A stretch of DNA of 64,000 nt from Alphaproteobacteria bacterium. Its GTDB lineage: Bacteria; Pseudomonadota; Alphaproteobacteria; Rickettsiales; UBA3002. Of the stretch, positions 43,974 through 55,382 are shown in pieces. Location of the stretch: the NCBI GenBank assembly GCA_033763655.1, contig JANRKD010000027.1:4707-68706 (forward strand), in the 5' to 3' direction. Positions within the stretch are counted from its first letter, which is position 1; the number at the start of each line of letters is the position of its first letter. Both the position numbers and the translations under genes were made by a program. The notes under the pieces are model-generated. The model did not search any database, was not told the DNA's origin, and saw nothing but the letters and a program-made list of their open reading frames with translations.

Positions 43974-45272
43974 CTAGAAGCTAATTTCAAGGCGGGTGCC
44001 GAAGATGAGGGCGTCGTCGGTCACTGTGTCGGTGCCGGGGTTCACCACATACTGGATATCCGGTTGCAGGGTGACGCCGCGCCCCAGCGTATCGCGGTAA
44101 TACAGCTCGAAGCTGGTTTCGTTGCGCGCGCTGGCATCGCCGTCTGCGACCACCGAGCGCCGGTATTTATCGCCGTTATGCGCGCCCGAGACGCCCAGGC
44201 CGATCTCGCCGTCGGGGCGGCCCGGCAGCCAGCCGTTGCCGACCACGCCCGCCACATAATCCCAATCGACCTGTGCCGTATCGCCATCGGCGACACCCAG
44301 TCGCAGGAATGCGCCGAGGGTGCGCGCACGGGGCGCGTCGTGGTAGAGCCGCGCGCTGGAGAGAAAATACAGCCCCTGCGCCGTGCTTCTGGCCGGGTTA
44401 CCGTTGCTGTCAAGGCGGGTTAGGTCATCAAGGCCTGCGGTGTAGTTCCAGCCACCGATGGCCAGCTTGTTCGGTGCGTCTTCGCTGTCGGCAGCGGGCG
44501 GCACATAGGCCAGCTCGCCCACCAGCAGCAATCCGTCCTTGCGATCGAGACGGATGGCGGTGCCGCTGGTGGCGTTTGGCGCGCCGGGGACGCCGTCATA
44601 GACGGCAAACGCGACGTAGCTGTCATCGGTGGGTTTCACCTTCACCCGCGCCGCCAGCGAGGTGGTGGGGAAGGCGGAGGGGCCATTTTCGCCGCTTTGC
44701 GCGAAAGACTGACCGAGCTGGAAGGTCGGGGTGAGGAAATGATCGCTGAGGCTGGTCACCGCGAACTCGCTGTTCACATCATGCAACCCGACCAGTAGCG
44801 AGAGGCGGTTCTCGAAGAAATTCTGCTCCATCCACGCTTCGTACAGACGCACGCCGCGCGCGCCGACTTCGTTATTGTCGATGCCCTGCGTGCTGCCGAC
44901 GGTGCTGGCATTGCTGCTGGTGCCGTTACTGTCGATGAGCGACACGGAAAGGCTGTTGCCTTTGATGCCAAATAGTTTTTCACCGTCGAGATTCGCCCGC
45001 AGCTCGATGAAATCGAGGTAGGTGACACGGCGCTTCAGGCCCCCGCTGGCGACGCCCCAGACATCGCCCGCGTAATCGAGGCCGATTTCCACCCCCGCTT
45101 CGGCCAGGCGGCCCCGCAGACCCCCGAGGTCGCCCAACAGTTTTTCCTCGTAATCGGCCTGGCTGGGGGCCGATGGCGGCGTTTTGCTATACTGCACATT
45201 GTCGAGGGCCTGCGCCCGGCCTGCGGCCAGCAGGCTGAGAAAAGCAGTCGCGACGAGGGCAAGTGGCTTCAT
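43974..45272 (-). CDS. OprB-family carbohydrate-selective porin
   Basis: Start at MKPLALVATAFLSLLAAGRAQA, with CAGGAG RBS. GDLGGLRGRLAEAGVEIGLDYAGDVWG and the C-terminal beta-strand ending in F are typical of the OprB family. Confidence 0.7.
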   Translation of the reverse strand: MKPLALVATAFLSLLAAGRAQALDNVQYSKTPPSAPSQADYEEKLLGDLGGLRGRLAEAGVEIGLDYAGDVWGVASGGLKRRVTYLDFIELRANLDGEKLFGIKGNSLSVSLIDSNGTSSNASTVGSTQGIDNNEVGARGVRLYEAWMEQNFFENRLSLLVGLHDVNSEFAVTSLSDHFLTPTFQLGQSFAQSGENGPSAFPTTSLAARVKVKPTDDSYVAFAVYDGVPGAPNATSGTAIRLDRKDGLLLVGELAYVPPAADSEDAPNKLAIGGWNYTAGLDDLTRLDSNGNPARSTAQGLYFLSSARLYHDAPRARTLGAFLRLGVADGDTAQVDWDYVAGVVGNGWLPGRPDGEIGLGVSGAHNGDKYRRSVVADGDASARNETSFELYYRDTLGRGVTLQPDIQYVVNPGTDTVTDDALIFGTRLEISF

Positions 45273-45481
45273 GAAAAGCTCCTGAACAGGAAGAAAGCGC
45301 ACCTTGTTTGCGGTCATTCGGGCGCGGGTGCGGCGCATCCACAGGTTGTAATGCGCCCGGTGTTTGCAGCATAGCCATCCGGGTGTTTCAAGCCCAAACC
45401 ATCGGCAGGCGGACAAATATTGCGACAAAGCGCGCCGCCTGTTACAGGTCAGGCACACTCACCTTCCGCGAGAATCTGCCC

Positions 45482-46654
45482 ATGTCTACCCCGCCGTCGC
45501 CGATGCCCTACAGCCCGCGCCCGAAACGGCCCTTGCGCACGCGGCGCGGCGTGCAGGCGCTGTTGGTGCTGCTGGCACTGGTGGCGGCCTGGCAGTTTTT
45601 CGCTCAGGCCGGCACCGGCAAGGCGGGCGGGGCGGCCACCGTCGCCGTGCGCACGGCCACTGCGCAGCGGCAGGCCGTGCCGCTGGCCTTGCAGGCGGTC
45701 GGCAATGTTGTGCCGTATGAATCCGTCGCGGTGCGGGCACGGCTGGATTCGCAGGTCACTGCCGTGCATTTCAAAGATGGTGACGAAGTGAAAAAAGGCG
45801 ATTTACTGTTCGAACTCGACGATAATTCTCTGCGCGCGCAGGCTGCGCAGTTGGCCGCCAATATCGCCCGCGATCGCGCGCAGCTCGAAAACGCGCACCG
45901 CCAGTCAGGCCGCGCCGAAGCGCTGGTGGCCAAAGGCTTCGCCACCAAAGCCGCGCGCGATGACAGCGCCGCCAACGTCGCAGTCACGCAGGCCTCGCTC
46001 AATGCCAGCATCGCTGCGCTCGACAGCGTCAAAGTGCAGCTGGGCTATACCCGAATTACTGCGCCAATCACCGGGCGCACCGGCACGATTAACGTCACCC
46101 GTGGCAACAATGTCAGGGCCAACGACGCACAGCCGCTCGTCACCATCAACCAGCTCAAGCCCATCCGCGTGCAGGCGGCGCTGCCGCAGCAGCATTTCGA
46201 GGCGGTGCGTGCGGCGATGCAGGTCGGCCCGGTGCGCGTGCAGGCCCGCCAGCGCGAGGGCGCGGGCGACGCCACCCTCGCCGAAGGCACGCTCGATTAC
46301 CTCGACAACGCGATTGACCCGGCGACCGGCACCTTTGTCACCCGCGCCGGGTTTGCGAACGAATCCGAGCGCCTGTTGCCAGGGATGTTTGTCACCGTCA
46401 CCCTGGATCTCGGCAGCACGGCCAACGCGCTCACCGTGCCGGAAGTGGCGGTGCAGCACGGCCAGAACGGTGATTATGTGTTTGCCATCGTCGGCGATAA
46501 AGCCCTGCGGCGCGATGTCAGGATCTCGCGGATGCAGGATTCGCTCGCCGTGGTCGAAAGTGGGCTGGAAGAAGGCGCGCGCGTGGTGGTCGATGGCATC
46601 CTCGGCCTCAAGGATGGCAGCGCGGTCACGGCGGCGGAGGGTGCCGCGCCATGA
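45482..46654 (+). CDS. Efflux RND periplasmic adaptor subunit
   Basis: Start at MSTPPSPMPYS. VTAVHFKDGDEVKKGDLLFELD and LGYTRITAPITGRTG are hallmark membrane-fusion-protein motifs. Confidence 0.85.
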   Translation: MSTPPSPMPYSPRPKRPLRTRRGVQALLVLLALVAAWQFFAQAGTGKAGGAATVAVRTATAQRQAVPLALQAVGNVVPYESVAVRARLDSQVTAVHFKDGDEVKKGDLLFELDDNSLRAQAAQLAANIARDRAQLENAHRQSGRAEALVAKGFATKAARDDSAANVAVTQASLNASIAALDSVKVQLGYTRITAPITGRTGTINVTRGNNVRANDAQPLVTINQLKPIRVQAALPQQHFEAVRAAMQVGPVRVQARQREGAGDATLAEGTLDYLDNAIDPATGTFVTRAGFANESERLLPGMFVTVTLDLGSTANALTVPEVAVQHGQNGDYVFAIVGDKALRRDVRISRMQDSLAVVESGLEEGARVVVDGILGLKDGSAVTAAEGAAP

Positions 46655-49600
46655 ACCTTTCGGCGTTATGCATCCGGCGTCCCGTTTTCACCACGCTGCT
46701 GATGGCGGCGATTCTGGTCGGTGGCATTTCGGGCTACCGGACGTTGGCCGTTTCGGCACTACCCAGCGTCGATTTCCCGACCATTCAGGTGACGGCCACC
46801 CTGCCCGGCGCCAGCCCCGAGACCATGGCCAGCGCCGTCGCCGCGCCGCTGGAGCGCCAGTTCTCGACCATCGCGGGCATCAGCGCCATGACCAGCACCA
46901 GCTTTCTTGGCAACACACAAATTACCCTGCAATTTGACCTCGACCGCAGCCTCGACGGTGCCGCGCTCGATGTGCAGACCGCCATCTCGACCGCCACCCC
47001 GCGCCTGCCCAAAGAGATGACTACCCCGCCCTTTTTTCGCAAGGTCAACCCTGCCGACCAGCCGATTCTGTTTATTGCCGTCTCCTCGGATACGCTGCCG
47101 CTGAATCAGGTCAACGAGTATGCGGAAACCCTGTTGTCGCAACGGATTTCGACCTTGCCTGGAGTTGCGCAAGTGACCATTTTCGGTGGCCAGAAATACG
47201 CCGTGCGGGTGCAGGTCGATCCGCAGAAGCTCGCCGCGCAGGGGCTTAGCGTCACCGACATGCGCCGCGCCATCGCCGATGCGGCAAGCAACGCGCCGGT
47301 GGGCATCATCAGCGGTGCGCGGCAGCTTTTTAACATCGAAGTCAAAGGCCAGCCCGAGGATGCGCAAGGCTTTGGCGCGCTGATTGCCCGCTGGCAGGAC
47401 GGCGCGCCGGTGCGGCTGAACGATGTAGGTACCGTCACGGATGGGGTTGAAACCCGCCGTTCGATTGGCTTTCTGAACGGCGCGCAATCGATTGTCATCG
47501 CCATCCAGCGCCAGCCCGATGCCAACACCATCGCGGTGGTCAACCGGGTGCGGCAGCTTCTGCCCGTCTTTCGCGATCAAATCCCCGCTGCCGTCAGCAT
47601 CACCCCACTGTTCGACCGCTCGGTGGCGATTAAAAACTCGGTGCATGACGTGCAGATGACACTCTTTCTCACCACCGCGCTGGTGATTCTCGTCATCTTT
47701 GCCTTTCTGCGTAACCTGCGGGCGACCCTCATTCCCGCCCTCGCCGTGCCGCTGTCGATTGTCGCCACCTACGGCGCGATGGCACTGCTCGGTTTTTCCA
47801 TCAATAACGTCTCGCTGCTGGCACTGACTTTGAGCGTCGGCTTCGTGGTTGATGACGCGATTGTGATGCTCGAAAACATCGTGCGCCATATCGAAGAAGG
47901 CATGACCTCGCGCGCGGCGGCCTTTAAGGGCGCAGGTGAAATTGGCTTTACCATTCTCTCCATCACCCTGTCGCTGGTGGCGGTGTTTATTCCGGTGCTG
48001 TTTATGGGCGGGCTGGTCGGGCGGCTCTTCTCTGAATTTGCCATCACCATCAGTGTCGCGATTTTAGTTTCAGGCTTCGTTTCGCTTACCCTGACGCCGA
48101 TGCTGTGTAGCCGCTGGCTGCGCGCGCGCAGCGCACAGGCGGCACCTGTTGCGCCGCTCAGCCTGCAACTGGAGGCCGCCTTCGCGTGGATGCTCACCCG
48201 CTACACGCGCTCGCTGCACTGGGCGCTCGTCCATCGCCGCATCATGCTGGCCGTCACCCTGGCGACGCTGGTGGCCAGCATCGGTGCGTTTGTCATGGTG
48301 CCCAAAGGCTTCTTTCCGCTCGAAGATGTCGGGTTTGTGTTTGCCAGCACCGAAGCGGCGCAGGATATTTCCTATGAGGCCATGGTCGAAAAGCAAAAGC
48401 GCGTCGCGGAAATTATCCGTGCCGACCCGGCGGTCGATAACGTCTTTTATGCCGTGGGCGGTGGACGTGGCGCCCTCAATTCGGGCCGCGTTTTTTTCGG
48501 CCTGAAACCACGCGGTGAGCGTCCCGGTATTTTTGCCGTCATCGGTCGCCTGCGCACGGCGTTGCGGGCAGTCGAGGGCATCAATACCTACATGCAGCCG
48601 ATCCAGAACATTCAGCTCGGCGGGCGCTCCAGCAAAAGCATGTACCAATATACGCTGCAAGGCAGCGACCTGCCCGCGCTTTATGCGTGGTCGGACAAAT
48701 TACTCACCGCCCTGCAAGCCAACCCCCATATTCAGGACGTCACCTCGGATTTACAAATCAAAAGTCTGCAAGCCACCGTCATCGTCGATCAACAGAAGGC
48801 CGCTAGCGTTGGCATCAGCTACGACGACATCCGCCAGGCATTGTATGCGGCGTTTGGCGAGGCGCAGGTGGCGAGCCTCTATAAGCCCAGCAACGATTAC
48901 GCGGTCATCCTCGAAGTCGCGCCCGAATTCCAGCAATCGCCCGAGGATATCGGCAAAATCTATGTGCGCTCGACCAGCCACCCCGAACGCATCGTGCCGC
49001 TCGATTCCATCGCCACCATCCGGCGTGGACTGGCGCCGTTGCTGGTCAACCATCAGGGCCAGCTACCTGCCGTCACACTTTCCTACAACCTTGCCCCGGG
49101 CATTTCGCTCAGCACTGCCACCCGCGACATTAAAGCTGCAGAGGCGCGCCTTGCCATGCCCGCCTCGATTACCGGCGATTTCCAGGGCAGTGCCGCCGCG
49201 TTTGCTGCCTCGGCCAGCGGTCAGGGGATGCTGATTCTGACGGCGATTCTGGTCATCTACATCATCCTCGGCATGCTCTACGAGAGCTTCATTCACCCGC
49301 TGACCATTCTCTCGGGCCTGCCCAGCGCGGGGCTGGGGGCAATCCTCACCCTGATGCTGTTTGGCATGGACATGTCGATTATTGCGCTGGTCGGGATTAT
49401 TCTGCTGATTGGCATTGTCAAAAAGAACGCCATCATGATGGTCGATTTCGCCATTGGCGAGCGCCGCCGCGGGGTGGGCGCCGAGGAGGCCATTTTTGGC
49501 GCCGCGACGCTGCGTTTCCGTCCGATTATGATGACCACACTCGCCGCCCTGTTTGGCACGTTGCCTATCGCTCTGGGCTTTGGCGCAGGGGCGGAGCTGC

Positions 49601-49728
49601 GCCAGCCTCTGGGCATTGCCATTGTCGGCGGGCTGCTCACCTCGCAACTGCTGACGCTCTACATCACCCCGGTAGTGTATCTCTATCTCGACCGTTTTTC
49701 GGGCAGAGGGGCTATTTCAGCGCCGTAA
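46651..49728 (+). CDS. Multidrug efflux RND permease (AcrB/MdtB/MdtC family)
   Basis: 1025 aa. MNLSALCIRRPVFTTLLMAAILVGG, and VGFVVDDAIVMLENI containing the DD proton-relay motif. ATGA overlap with the adaptor gene. Confidence 0.9.
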   Translation: MNLSALCIRRPVFTTLLMAAILVGGISGYRTLAVSALPSVDFPTIQVTATLPGASPETMASAVAAPLERQFSTIAGISAMTSTSFLGNTQITLQFDLDRSLDGAALDVQTAISTATPRLPKEMTTPPFFRKVNPADQPILFIAVSSDTLPLNQVNEYAETLLSQRISTLPGVAQVTIFGGQKYAVRVQVDPQKLAAQGLSVTDMRRAIADAASNAPVGIISGARQLFNIEVKGQPEDAQGFGALIARWQDGAPVRLNDVGTVTDGVETRRSIGFLNGAQSIVIAIQRQPDANTIAVVNRVRQLLPVFRDQIPAAVSITPLFDRSVAIKNSVHDVQMTLFLTTALVILVIFAFLRNLRATLIPALAVPLSIVATYGAMALLGFSINNVSLLALTLSVGFVVDDAIVMLENIVRHIEEGMTSRAAAFKGAGEIGFTILSITLSLVAVFIPVLFMGGLVGRLFSEFAITISVAILVSGFVSLTLTPMLCSRWLRARSAQAAPVAPLSLQLEAAFAWMLTRYTRSLHWALVHRRIMLAVTLATLVASIGAFVMVPKGFFPLEDVGFVFASTEAAQDISYEAMVEKQKRVAEIIRADPAVDNVFYAVGGGRGALNSGRVFFGLKPRGERPGIFAVIGRLRTALRAVEGINTYMQPIQNIQLGGRSSKSMYQYTLQGSDLPALYAWSDKLLTALQANPHIQDVTSDLQIKSLQATVIVDQQKAASVGISYDDIRQALYAAFGEAQVASLYKPSNDYAVILEVAPEFQQSPEDIGKIYVRSTSHPERIVPLDSIATIRRGLAPLLVNHQGQLPAVTLSYNLAPGISLSTATRDIKAAEARLAMPASITGDFQGSAAAFAASASGQGMLILTAILVIYIILGMLYESFIHPLTILSGLPSAGLGAILTLMLFGMDMSIIALVGIILLIGIVKKNAIMMVDFAIGERRRGVGAEEAIFGAATLRFRPIMMTTLAALFGTLPIALGFGAGAELRQPLGIAIVGGLLTSQLLTLYITPVVYLYLDRFSGRGAISAP

Positions 49729-49975
49729 GCCGCAGGGCGACTTGAAATACATCTTTCACATGCTCCTCGGGCTTCACCCGTCCGGTGCGCATTTCGTTGG
49801 CGACCTGCGTCCAGATTTCTTCGGGCAGGTCTTTGGCGATGACCACGAACCCTGCCGCCTCCACCGCCGCCATCACTGCGCGCGCCTGCTTGGTGTAATC
49901 CTCGAAGAAATAACTCGCATCCGCCTTCTGGATGGCGGTTTCAATCACGCTTTGCAATTTGGCCTTGCTGGTCAT
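49712..49975 (-). CDS. Small hypothetical protein (87 aa) coupled to putA
   Basis: ATGA start/stop overlap with putA. High third-position GC. No motif recognised. Confidence 0.5.
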   Translation of the reverse strand: MTSKAKLQSVIETAIQKADASYFFEDYTKQARAVMAAVEAAGFVVIAKDLPEEIWTQVANEMRTGRVKPEEHVKDVFQVALRLTALK

Positions 49976-52900
49976 GCGAGCAGCTCGACATTGCCGCCGA
50001 TCGCGGCGGTGTTGATGGTGGTGGTGCGTTCGCCGACAAAGCGCAGCAAATAATGCGGCCCGCCCGCTTTGGGGCCGGTGCCCGACAAGCCCTCGCCGCC
50101 GAACGGCTGCACGCCGACCACCGCGCCGGTCATGCTGCGGTTGACATAGCGGTTGCCGGCGGGCGCGCCGTCGAGGATTTCCTCCATTTTGCCGCGCAGG
50201 CGCGTGTGCAGGCCGAACGTCAGCCCGTAACCGGAGCTGCGGATTTCGCCGAGAATCTTCGGCAGATCCTTCGACTTATAGGTGAAGAAATGCAGCACCG
50301 GGCCGAAATTTTCCTGCGTCAACTGCGCCGGGGAATCAAGGCCGAATACATGCGGTGCCACGAACGTATCGTTCTGCCCGGCCACCGGCTGCACCGCGTG
50401 GTGCCAGCGCGCCACCCGCGTCATCGCGCCGATATGAGCGAGCAGGTTTTGCTGCGCCTCGCGGTCGATGACTGGGCCAATATCGGTGCGTAAATCATGG
50501 GTGTCCGCCACGCGCAATTCATTCATCGCCCCAACCAGCAGATCGCGCAAGGGCTGCGCCACTTCTTCCTGCACAAACAACATCCGCAGGCTCGAGCAGC
50601 GCTGTCCCGCCGAGCCGAAAGCGCTAGCGATAATGTCGTCGCACGCCTGTTCGAGCAGCGCCGAGGAATCGACGATCATCGCATTCATACCACCCGTTTC
50701 GGCGATGAAGGGCACAATCGGGCCATCTTTTTCTGCCAGGGCGCGGCCAATATGTTTTGCAACAACCGTGGAGCCGGTAAAGCATACGCCCGCGATGGCG
50801 GGATGCGCCACCAGTGCCGCGCCGACGGTTTCGCCCGCACCGCAGGCCAGTTGCAACGCCTGCTCGGGGATACCCGCCGCATGCAGTAACGCAACCGCTG
50901 CCGCCGCGATGGCAGGAGTTTGTTCGGCCGGTTTAGCGATGACGCTGTTGCCGCAGACCAGCGCCGCCGCCACCTGCCCCATAAAAATCGCCAGCGGGAA
51001 ATTCCACGGGCTGATGCAGACAAAGACGCCGCGCCCATGCAAGGTCAGGATATTACTTTCACCCGTCGGCCCCGGCAGGGTTTGTGGCGCGAATATCCGC
51101 TCGGCTTCGTTGGCATAATAACGGCAAAAATCCATCGCCTCGCGGATTTCGCTGATACTGTCGGCATAGGTTTTTTTCGCCTCGCCGACGCACAGGGCGA
51201 TGAATTCCGCGCGGCGTTCATCAAGCAGATCGGCGGCACGACGCAAAGCCTGCGCGCGCGTCGCCACATCGGTACGGCTCCACGCCGCACCGGCGGCGGC
51301 AGCCTTGGCGACCCGTTCCGGGATCTCACCGACGGCAAGCTCAGCGACGCTTTGGCCGGATGATCGCTGCGCAGCGACCGCTGCCATGAACGGCACCCGC
51401 AGGCTGCGGTAGCCGAAATCGAGCCCGAGCGGATTACGGCGGTGCGCGCCATAGAGCGCCTCGGGCAACGCAATGGCGGGGTTGGGCGTGGCGTCGTACT
51501 GGCGCGCATGCACCAGTGGGCTGACGGTGAGGGTTTCGATCGGCGTCTGCTTATCCATCAGCAGATGCACAAACGAGCTGTTGGCACCGTTTTCGAGCAG
51601 GCGGCGAATGAGGTAGGCGAGCAGGTCCTTGTGCGCGCCGACGGGGGCGTAAATCCGCACGCGCTGCTCGCCCACAATCTGGTCGTGCAGGTTTTCGCCC
51701 ATGCCATGCAGGCGCTGGAATTCGAAATTCCCAGCCATTACTCCATACTGCTCGGCAAAAGTAATAATGGTCGCCACCGTCAACGCATTATGCGTCGCAA
51801 ACTGCGGGTAGATCTGCGCGGCATGGGCCAGCAGCACCTGCGCACAGGCAAGGTAAGAAAGGTCGGTGTATTCCTTGCGTGTGAACACGGGGTAGCCGGG
51901 TAGACCCAGCACCTGTGCCTGTTTGATCTCGCTGTCCCAATATGCGCCCTTCACCAGCCGCACGGGAATGCGCCGCTGCAAGCGCGTCGCCAGCGCGACC
52001 AGCCCCTCGGCAACATGCACTGCGCGTTTCTGGTAGGCCTGCAACACAAACCCGATACCTTCGAAATCGGCGAATTCCGGGTCTTCGAGCAAGTGCTGAT
52101 AGATTTCCAGTTCCAGTTCGAGGCGGTTCGCCTCCTCGGCATCGAGCGAAACCGCGATATTGCACTCTTTGCCGACCCGCAGGATGGATTTCAGGCGCGG
52201 CAACAACTCGGCCATCACCCGGTCGGATTGGGTTTGGGTGTAGCGCGGGTGCAGTGCCGACAATTTGACCGAAATCCCCGGCCGCGCGAACAGGGCGGTG
52301 GCGGTGGCGCGCGCCGCAATCTCGCGGATGCCCGTAAGATACGACGCCACATACGCCTCGGCCTGCGCATCGGTGCGCGCGCCTTCGCCCAGAATATCAT
52401 ACGAAATCGTGTAGCCTTTCTTCTCGTCGCCGCGCGCCTGTTTAATCGCCTCGGGCACGCTTTCGCCCATCACGAATTGGGTGCCAAGAAACTTCATGCC
52501 CGCCCGCAACGCCTGACGAATCACCGGCTCGCCCGAGCGCTTGATTAAACCGCCAAACCATGCGGCCATCGAATCGCCCGCGTCGAGTTCCAGCACGCTG
52601 CCGGTCAGGATCAGCGCCCAGGTCGAGGCGTTAACCAGCGTCGAATCGCTCTGGCCGAGATGCTGCTTCCAGTTGCCGGTGGCGAATGTGTCCTCGATCA
52701 AATCATCCGCCGTTGCCGCGTCAGGGATGCGCAGCAACGCCTCGGCGAGGCACATCATGGCGATGCCCTCATGGGTCGATAGCCCATAGGATTGCAAAAA
52801 TGCCTCGATGGTGTTGGCGGCACCGGTGCTGCGTTGTTTAGCGATCAGCGCGTGGGCGCGGGCGCGGGCGGCACCGTCATGCACGACCATAGGCTCCACC

Positions 52901-52977
52901 CGCGCCATCAAAGCGCGTACGGCGGTTTCCTCATTCGCCAGCGCCTGCGCGCCGATATCATCCAACCATTTTGTCAT
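49972..52977 (-). CDS. putA: Bifunctional proline dehydrogenase / L-glutamate gamma-semialdehyde dehydrogenase PutA (form without the N-terminal DNA-binding domain)
   Basis: 1001 aa. The proline dehydrogenase barrel region has VRLVKGAYWDSE. The aldehyde dehydrogenase region has FIAETGGMNAMIV and GSAGQRCSSLR. Confidence 0.9.
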   Translation of the reverse strand: MTKWLDDIGAQALANEETAVRALMARVEPMVVHDGAARARAHALIAKQRSTGAANTIEAFLQSYGLSTHEGIAMMCLAEALLRIPDAATADDLIEDTFATGNWKQHLGQSDSTLVNASTWALILTGSVLELDAGDSMAAWFGGLIKRSGEPVIRQALRAGMKFLGTQFVMGESVPEAIKQARGDEKKGYTISYDILGEGARTDAQAEAYVASYLTGIREIAARATATALFARPGISVKLSALHPRYTQTQSDRVMAELLPRLKSILRVGKECNIAVSLDAEEANRLELELEIYQHLLEDPEFADFEGIGFVLQAYQKRAVHVAEGLVALATRLQRRIPVRLVKGAYWDSEIKQAQVLGLPGYPVFTRKEYTDLSYLACAQVLLAHAAQIYPQFATHNALTVATIITFAEQYGVMAGNFEFQRLHGMGENLHDQIVGEQRVRIYAPVGAHKDLLAYLIRRLLENGANSSFVHLLMDKQTPIETLTVSPLVHARQYDATPNPAIALPEALYGAHRRNPLGLDFGYRSLRVPFMAAVAAQRSSGQSVAELAVGEIPERVAKAAAAGAAWSRTDVATRAQALRRAADLLDERRAEFIALCVGEAKKTYADSISEIREAMDFCRYYANEAERIFAPQTLPGPTGESNILTLHGRGVFVCISPWNFPLAIFMGQVAAALVCGNSVIAKPAEQTPAIAAAAVALLHAAGIPEQALQLACGAGETVGAALVAHPAIAGVCFTGSTVVAKHIGRALAEKDGPIVPFIAETGGMNAMIVDSSALLEQACDDIIASAFGSAGQRCSSLRMLFVQEEVAQPLRDLLVGAMNELRVADTHDLRTDIGPVIDREAQQNLLAHIGAMTRVARWHHAVQPVAGQNDTFVAPHVFGLDSPAQLTQENFGPVLHFFTYKSKDLPKILGEIRSSGYGLTFGLHTRLRGKMEEILDGAPAGNRYVNRSMTGAVVGVQPFGGEGLSGTGPKAGGPHYLLRFVGERTTTINTAAIGGNVELLA

Positions 52978-53126
52978 GGTGCGACCCTGTCAGAACAGCA
53001 AAAAAATGTCAAAGGGGCGATGCACCGCCCGCCACCGCCTGGTTCACCGCCTGGTTTGTCGACTCGCCACCCCCCGCAGATTCGTGCTTTCCCGCACAAG
53101 GGAGTTCGATTATGGTGCCGCCCGAC

Positions 53127-53203
<77 letters not shown>

Positions 53204-53214
53204 GATTCCTTTAT

Positions 53215-53991
53215 CTACTTACTAAATTGGGTGGGGACGCCCTCGGGGTAACGGGCGGCGATGGTGGCGGCGATGCGCGTCAGCCGGTCGGTGGTGTTGG
53301 GGTGGGTAGTAAAAAATGCCACGTCCGCCCCGGCCTGATAGGCGGCCACCAGCACCCCCAACATATCGTTCAGCGCGTTCGGGTCGTAGCCCGCCTGCCC
53401 CATCAGCGTCACCGCGAGGGCATCGGCGGCGGCTTCCTGCGTGGTGGTGTGCTGCCAGGCAGGCAACGCCAACGCCTCGGCTTCCACCGGGAAAAGCGCA
53501 TCCCCGGCGATGACATGCGCTGCGGCATGGGCAAGCACGGCAGCCAGCTGGCCTTCCGTCTGCATACGGTTGAGCAGCGCGGTGGTAAGGTAAATATCGC
53601 CGCTCGCCAACGCGTAGCTATTGATGCTGTTGGGCTCGGCCAGCAGGTGGAAACGCAGCGGCACGTGGGCATAGCGCGCGTCGGTCTTGGCGGCGACGGC
53701 AACGCCAACGCGTGCCACCAGTTTCAGTTGCGCGTGATTGGTGCTAACCCCGCCAAACCGTGTTTGCATCGCGCGGGTGATGTCGGCGTTGGTGGCATCG
53801 CGCTGTTTGAGGCTGAGCAGTTTGGCGCTGACGGCGGCGGCACGCTCTTGCTCGCCGCCCTGCTTGAGGGTGAGCAGAAACAGGCCCGCCGCCAGCACCA
53901 GCCCCAGCATCAACAGTTTGCGATGGGGGCGCACCCGCTGCGCCTCACGCGCGAGTTTCTCGATAATCAGGGTGCGCCGTGGGGTGCTCAT
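53215..53991 (-). CDS. M48-peptidase-like membrane-anchored protein with a degenerate active site (HAAAH)
   Basis: [41 protein letters not shown] aligns with the M48 core (N-A-F-A-x-x-G...L-x-x-V-x-x-HExxH), but the Glu is replaced by Ala. The downstream [19 protein letters not shown] resembles the third-ligand region. Confidence 0.65.
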   Translation of the reverse strand: MSTPRRTLIIEKLAREAQRVRPHRKLLMLGLVLAAGLFLLTLKQGGEQERAAAVSAKLLSLKQRDATNADITRAMQTRFGGVSTNHAQLKLVARVGVAVAAKTDARYAHVPLRFHLLAEPNSINSYALASGDIYLTTALLNRMQTEGQLAAVLAHAAAHVIAGDALFPVEAEALALPAWQHTTTQEAAADALAVTLMGQAGYDPNALNDMLGVLVAAYQAGADVAFFTTHPNTTDRLTRIAATIAARYPEGVPTQFSK

Positions 53992-54124
53992 ACAGGCGGG
54001 TTTTTACCAGAGCGCCACCGCGCAAGTCCAGCCGAATGTCGGCGGCGGCCATTTTTGCGGTGGCAATGCTTGCAAGCCGCTGCCAATTTGCTATGCAGAC
54101 GGCTTCACAGTGGCGAGGATTCCC

Positions 54125-55327
54125 ATGGCAAAAATTACAGTGACCACCCCGGTGGTCGAACTCGATGGCGACGAAATGACCCGCATCATTTGGGCGATGA
54201 TTAAGGAAAAACTCATCCTGCCCTTCCTCGACCTTGAGCTGAAATATTTCGACCTTAGCATCGAAAATCGCGATGCGACCGACGATCAGGTCACGCTCGA
54301 CGCGGCGACGGCCATCAAACACTACGGGGTGGGCATCAAATGCGCGACGATTACGCCCGACGAGGCGCGGGTGAAAGAATTCAACCTGAAACAGATGTGG
54401 AAGTCGCCCAACGGCACTATCCGCAACATCCTCGACGGCACCATTTTCCGCGCACCCATCATTTGCAAAAATATCCCGCGCTATGTGCCGGGCTGGAAAG
54501 CGCCGATTATCGTCGGCCGTCATGCGTTTGGCGACCAATACCGCGCGACCGATATGGTCATCGACCGCCCGGGCACCCTGACCATGAAATTCGTGCCCGA
54601 GGACGGCTCGGCGCCGATTGAAAACGTCGTCTATAAATTCCCTTCGGCGGGCGTCGCTTTGTCGATGTACAACCTCAACGCCTCGATTGAGGGCTTCGCA
54701 CGCGCCTGCTTTAACTACGCGCTGACGGTCAATTACCCGGTCTATCTCAGCACCAAAAACACCATCCTCAAAAAATACGATGGCGATTTCAAAAACATCT
54801 TCCAGCGCGTGTATGAAAGCGAATTCAAAGAGCGTTTCGTCAACGCCAAGCTCTGGTACGAACACCGGCTGATCGACGACCTCGTCGCCTACGCGATTAA
54901 ATCCAATGGCGGCTTTGTCTGGGCCTGCAAAAACTACGATGGCGATGTGCAGAGTGATGTGGTGGCGCAGGGCTTCGGCTCGCTCGGGCTGATGACTTCG
55001 GTGCTGCTGACGCCCGATGGCAAAACGGTCGAAACCGAAGCAGCGCATGGCACCGTAACACGGCATTACCGCGAGCATCAGGCGGGCAAACCCACCAGCA
55101 CCAACCCGATTGCCAGCATTTTCGCCTGGACTGAGGGCTTACGCTACCGTGCACGGTTCGATGACAACACCGCATTGGCCGCGTTCTGCGATACGCTCGA
55201 AAAAGCCGTGATTGATACCGTTGAAAGCGGCCAGATGACCAAGGATTTAGCCCTGCTGATTGGCCCTGCGCAGAAATACCTCACCACCGGCGAGTTTATC
55301 GATGCCGTCGCTGCGCGGCTGGTTTAG
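54125..55327 (+). CDS. icd: NADP-dependent isocitrate dehydrogenase (about 400-aa eukaryote-like dimeric type)
   Basis: [40 protein letters not shown] and GRHAFGDQY. Confidence 0.9.
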   Translation: MAKITVTTPVVELDGDEMTRIIWAMIKEKLILPFLDLELKYFDLSIENRDATDDQVTLDAATAIKHYGVGIKCATITPDEARVKEFNLKQMWKSPNGTIRNILDGTIFRAPIICKNIPRYVPGWKAPIIVGRHAFGDQYRATDMVIDRPGTLTMKFVPEDGSAPIENVVYKFPSAGVALSMYNLNASIEGFARACFNYALTVNYPVYLSTKNTILKKYDGDFKNIFQRVYESEFKERFVNAKLWYEHRLIDDLVAYAIKSNGGFVWACKNYDGDVQSDVVAQGFGSLGLMTSVLLTPDGKTVETEAAHGTVTRHYREHQAGKPTSTNPIASIFAWTEGLRYRARFDDNTALAAFCDTLEKAVIDTVESGQMTKDLALLIGPAQKYLTTGEFIDAVAARLV

Positions 55328-55382
55328 GGGGATTATTCAGAAGGAGTGCAGGACGGTGCGCCGCAGGATTCTTGCGAAAGCG

